Below are positions 58,511 through 64,000 of a stretch of 64,000 bases of DNA, in pieces; within the stretch, counting starts at the first letter, position 1; each line of letters begins with the position of its first letter. The stretch lies in NCBI GenBank assembly GCA_050084985.1, contig JBITNC010000001.1, forward strand, positions 198,028,001 to 198,092,000. The letters are read 5' to 3'. Source of the DNA: Nageia nagi (Eukaryota; Plantae; Pinophyta). The translations under genes and the position numbers were made by a program. The notes under the pieces are model-generated. The model had not been told where the DNA came from. It did not search any database and saw nothing but the letters and a program-made list of their open reading frames with translations.

Positions 58511-61500
58511 TATAATGTCCCTTTTTTAGGTATTTTCCCCATTTCACCTCTGATAATGGGAATATTAGTTTAGGAGTGTTTTGGTCAATATTTATATAAT
58601 TTGGCCAAAATGATGTAAATTCTACTTAGAGACTTAATAAAGCTCTAATTATGGAATAAATGGCCCTTTTATTTATTTATTTATTTACCAAAATACCAAT
58701 TAATGATGTATTTGTGATATCAAGGCAACTATAATTGTAACTACAATATTAGTTTCATTAAATGAGGTGTTGCGTATTTTAGCCTTGATGATTGTAATAT
58801 TAGCATTAAATGTATCTCTAGTCATTCGTGCTTCCCTTTTCAAGATAGAGCATCCTCCTAGGTTATTGCATCAACTATGAGGACATTTGGAGCTCCAAGG
58901 ATGGACCCAACACTTCGAACTAGATGTTGGTAATCTCGATGCAAGCAAACATCCCTAGAACATGAATGTTGGGCATGGGAACATCTCAAGATCTTATGTT
59001 GGCTACCTATCTAGGCACATATATTGATGGCATGGATCACAATGTACTTTGAAATCACACCCTCTTAAACATTAGCTTTTTTGGGCCCTCGAATATGATT
59101 TTACTTATCACAAGGCTCCCCATCTTGGATATTGCATACATGAGCACACAAATCACATCTCTCCATCATTGGATTATCCCTAATTCAATATTGAAATATG
59201 ATCACCCTCACCAATAAAAGGAGAACTTGTAATCATTATAAGATATGCTAAATTTGATTATAAACCCTTTCTTTCAGATTGAGTGGAGGCTCTATCTTAG
59301 CCACTTGTTGGGCAACTTGCATTTGAGGTATCGAAAGGAGACGAGGCTACCTTCAAACTTACTCTAACCATTTTGAGAGGAACATTGTTGGTTCCATAAT
59401 AATTGCTATAGAAGAGACCTAGTCTTCCCTCATTATTGTTGGGATTGGTGAGGCCTTGGAGCCATCCAAAATAACCCTATAAGAGATAGTCCTAGTACAA
59501 ACTCCATAGGTTGGCAAGAATTTTGTAATTTCAATTCAATCTTTTTTATAAATACAATTACTTTTTATAATCAAAATCTTGCTTTCTATCGCTTTGTGCT
59601 TGGATGTTGTATTGGAAGTGTATTTTGCATTGTTGAATTCCTATTATTGGTCTCAATTTGCAACATTAGATTGTTGGGGATATTTTGCATGTTTGAATTC
59701 ATCTTTTGCATTACAATTTGGATGTTGGGTTTGAGGAGTAATTTTTCATTCTCGATTTACTATTCTACTCCTAGGATAAGATGTTGGAAGATTGGAGAAA
59801 TTGCATGCTTAAATATTAATTTTTTTCTCTCCATAGCTAGATATTGGATTAGGAGGTATTTTTGTGAGTTTGAAGTCATATTTGGCCTTTCCAGCAAGTC
59901 ATTGATTTATTTGGTGCATTTTGATCATATCTTGGCTAGTTTGATAGTTAGAATCAAAATGTCCCTCTCCTAGGGCACATTTGAGGATTGAGCCCAAAAA
60001 TGACTCATCAAAGTGGTACTAAAGCCTTGATTCTACAATCCTATTAGGAATCAAGGGCATCATTCATAGAGGGTTTCAAGTGAAGCTAAAGAGAGACTAA
60101 AGAATTGGATACCTACATCACAATGGTATCACATAGAAGAATTACTGAGTAAAGTGGAGATCTTGCCCTTACTATTGGGTAAGAGTTGAGGAGTTTCTTC
60201 TGAAGGATATTCTCGAAGGAGTCATAGAAGACTCATTATGATATTCTACCAAATCATAATGCTAATTACAAAGAGTTATTACTATCCTATCAAAGAGTGG
60301 AGTTGACCTACCATTATAGTGGTTATTCTAAAGGAGTTATGGAGGATTTGGATGCTTGAAGCAAGTTGTTGGGGATCTTAAAGCCTTATCTCTTCCTTCT
60401 AGAAAGTTGTTGAGCATCTCTTGATCCTAATTCTAAATTTAGAGGCTTCAAGGAGGTTTATACAACTTGATAAGGTACATTTTTGGAAAATTTTGCATCT
60501 TATATTTCAAGTTGAAGTTTGTTCTTGATTTAATTTTTAGTTTGAGGTGGGAATAAGGTATTTTCACAAAGTTTGATCCCATTTGCAGCTAGATGTTGGT
60601 ATTCTAGATCTTTTTTGATAGCTCATTCGATGTTTTAAGGGTATTTGAAGGAGGACATTGGTGTTTTGAGGGCATTTTTTATGCCCAAAGATGCATTTTG
60701 GTACCACTAGGAGATAAACATTGGTATTATGAGAGGGTTTTCATGCCTGAAGTTGCATGTCAAGACCATTTGAGTTTGGATGTTACATTTTTAGGTTATT
60801 AGAGGTTGGATGTTGCATTACTGAGGGAATGTTTGAGTATAGTTCTACATTTTGAGCTCTTTGGAAGGCATACATTAGTGATTTGAGCACTTTTTGGATG
60901 TTGGTTCTATATTCTAAGGTCACTTGAAGGAGGACATTGGCCAACTAGAATAATTTTGGGGCTTATACTACATTTTGAGGTAATTTTTGGGTGGATGTTG
61001 GTACATTAGAGGATTTTTGAGGTCCATTCTACTTTCAAAGACCAATTGAAGCTATTTTTGAGGATATATTAGTATTTTGAGAGTTCCTTAGGCCATATGT
61101 TGAGTTACTTGAAGGTTTTTTGAAAATTTTGCTATATTTGGAAGACACCTAAAGTGCGATGTTGGCTTGCTGATACTAATTGGGTATTTTAGCTACATTT
61201 TAAGTGTCATTACTTGTACATATTAAATTAATTTTCATCATGGAAGACAAGTATTCAAAGTCACAAGCCATTGGAAGGAGGATGTTAAAAAATAAGGTAT
61301 TCAATTTGCTATTATTGACTAAATTTTGCAGTGTTATATACACCATGGATACTTGAGAAGGATACATTGGATTTATTCTATTGTTATGGTCAAAATTGGA
61401 GTTTAGAAGTGATACATTAGGAGTATAGGAATCTCTTTCTATTGTGATCTTGAAAAAAACTCATCCCTTGAGGTATCTTGGTCAAATTTCAAAATTTGGA

Positions 61501-62460
61501 ATTTGCTTGGCATCATTCATCTTTTGTATGTGGATGTTGAGCTTCAAGAAGATACATTTGAATTCAGATTTTGTTCTTTAGGCCCATAACCCATAAGTTC
61601 AAAAATTGCTTATTTTATTCCATCATGGTGGGACCAAAATTCCAAGTTTGAGTATATTGAGCATTTCATATCTTTATTTTCAAGTAGGAGTAATAAGTAG
61701 AAAAGATAAAAATATTTTACTTTGTTTTAGGAGTAATAAGTAGGTACAGGCACAAATAATTATTGCTTAGGGATAGATCAAATTTTTTTGTAGTTATCAA
61801 AGGTTTATTTTGATAAGTAAGAGCTAAGTTAGAGTGAGCCCTACTTAGCACCATGGTTAGTTGAAGAAAGGAAGCAGATCAAAAATTAGAAAAAGTGCTA
61901 TATTTATGCAACTATATGATTTCAAGTATAAGGAAAGAGACACCTAAGATAGGAATGATCAACAACGATAAGGAAAAGAAACTCAAAGAGAAATTGAAGA
62001 GATACGAAAAGAGGTTTGAAAGCTACAAGAAGGTAGTGGATTTTAGAATATATATGAATATAACTGGATAAGTCAATTTAATAGAATTATCATATGAATA
62101 AAATGCAAGCAAAATATCAAAACCACTAGAGGTTAACAACCATACCAAAGTAAAAGAGATACCTTTCACCAACTCATATTTTCATCCAAAAGGGAAGGGA
62201 GAAGAATTATCTATTTTTACCAAGTGGGGTGACATGGATGAAACCTAGTTGTAAGATAATTTGATGGTCACTTAGCTATAAGAACAAGAAGGAATGACTC
62301 AACTAAAGCATGCTCTTATGCTACTAGAAAAAAGTAGAACATTTTGAGGAAACACCCTCTTATCTGGATTTATGAACAATGATGGATGCATTTCCTAACA
62401 CTAGAAAATTATACTTGAACATGATAAGTGATAGGGTGTATTTGGGATAATTTATTTCTT
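58511..62460 (+). mobile_element. 5' part of a decayed LTR element: LTR 58511-60010, PBS, internal repeats
   Basis: Starts TATAATGTCCC (decayed TGTAATGTCCC) and the LTR ends ...CATCA. PBS-like TGGTACTAAAGCC at 60014. Degenerate ~31/63-bp repeats at 60590-61200. Confidence 0.65.
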
Positions 62461-62799
62461 GTATGGAAGCTAAAAGGAAGGGAGTAAATAAATGAGTTGA
62501 TACAACACACAAGAGGGCTCCCCAAGGTACACACAAAGCATCTCCCTACCAAGTGGAGGAGATATCAAAATGTTATGAAAAAGACCCAAGTCACCATAAT
62601 GAGGAGCCACACCAACCCACCAATTTATAATTTGATACTGATTAGGAATAGAATGGAAGCATGAGTATATCAACACCTCAACATGTATCAAATGGATATG
62701 AGGAATCATTAGGATACTCTACACCATATGTAAAATTCTAATTTATTCTCAACATAGATATTAGAAAAATAAATATTAAATAATATCAAATTACACATT

Positions 62800-63475
62800 T
62801 AGGCATGCCATAAACTAGGGCATCAAACATGAACAATAATATGTCAAAAAATCTAATGATGCATCTCTCTAGCTAAATACCACTACTACAAGCCAACTTC
62901 ACACTTGGGAACACATATATCTAGCAAAATATACCATTAATGACCTAGGAATAATGATGTCACACTAAGAGAATTAAAATAGCACCAAATACATCAAATA
63001 TGAGACAAAAAATGGAGATCTAATGTGCCATATTTAAATTAATTTAGAAATGATGAATGCAGTACAAACTAAGTCCAAACTGCCCAACGTTGGTCCCTAA
63101 GTAGCCAACTTAAGATACACTAATGTGAAAAGATGAATACTATTATAGATACAATGTAGCACTCTAGCAGATATATGGATGCCACACTGAAGGGCTCCCT
63201 CATAGGATAGCTACCAATGAAGATATTGAATGTAGTTTTGAAATACCACTAGATGGATTCAAAGGTGTAGACTGCTATGGATGCCTCAAGGTAGGGTAAT
63301 CTCACATCAGGAACATTCACCTCAACCACTAGTCAAGAGGTATTCCAAACCTCCTAAACTCTCCTTAGTCTACATGCCCAATCTACATGCCCAAGGGTGC
63401 TTGATGTCTCCAAGAATTGATAAGCTTCGAAGAGTAAGGGGTTTAATTATCAAAATTAGTATACCCATACAATGA
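62800..63475 (-). mobile_element. LTR fragment related to LTR copy B
   Basis: Matches 16160-16760, e.g. CACACTGAAGGGCT..., CTAGATGGATTCAAAGGTG and GAACATTCACCTCAACCACTAGTCAA. Confidence 0.8.
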
Positions 63476-64000
63476 TGTGAATCTCCTTTATATAGTCTTC
63501 TCTTATATCTGACCTAGGAATCATGCATATGCCTATCTAATACAACATTACTGAGGGATACCAATAATCACATTTAGTGGTCCACATTACAAGATTCAAT
63601 GGTTAGATAGCTTATTATTAGAGACTAATATTGCATTTACAATTATTAATTGGCCTTAGAATCATATATTAGAACTCACACAAGTGGTACCCATTATTAT
63701 TATTATAAAATACACTAAATATACTCTTAATTACAAATCTCACACCTACATATAATCCATAACTAACTCATATCCCAAGGAGAGAAATGTCATACTCTAA
63801 GGGGTCAATATGGAGATGTTCTTGGATTTCTATGCACGATCGTGATATGAATATTGGTCCAACTAGTGAACTTCAAGAGGCCATAACTCTTTCATTTCCT
63901 AATGAAACCATTTTGTATAACTTATCAATATGTTTAACTCAAGTTGCTCTATCTAATTAAGAATTATAATCAACCATCCAAAACTTGTTTCAAACATAAT

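Overview
Eukaryotic, AT-rich, repeat-dominated plant genomic DNA. It is most likely from a gymnosperm/conifer, inferred from the TE families and the giant intron; this is not proven. The only recognisable host gene is condensin I kleisin CAP-H (condensin complex subunit 2, NCAPH/Barren). Its first three coding exons lie on the minus strand at 27428-26622. No further exon is visible, so about 26.6 kb to the left appears to be one giant intron. That intron holds nested LTR-retroelement pieces: two oppositely oriented copies of one long LTR, two diverged paralogues of an uncharacterised retroelement accessory ORF (FYMNSYLVYLLLHG motif), a TIR-bearing MITE, solo LTRs and a gag-only Gypsy derivative. 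Upstream of the gene (to the right) are a non-autonomous CACTA element that contains a Pack-MULE and a telomere-like array, and a decayed full-length Copia element whose two LTRs each end in three tandem primer-binding-site repeats. Further right are a gag/protease-only Gypsy, a small Ogre/Tat-like derivative with a tRNA-Arg PBS, a Tat/Ogre RT-RNaseH fragment and more LTR remnants. The best novelty candidates are the conserved accessory protein with its own apparent promoter and 5'UTR intron, the PBS-array LTRs, and the Pack-MULE cargo. All boundaries were read by eye and many are approximate.
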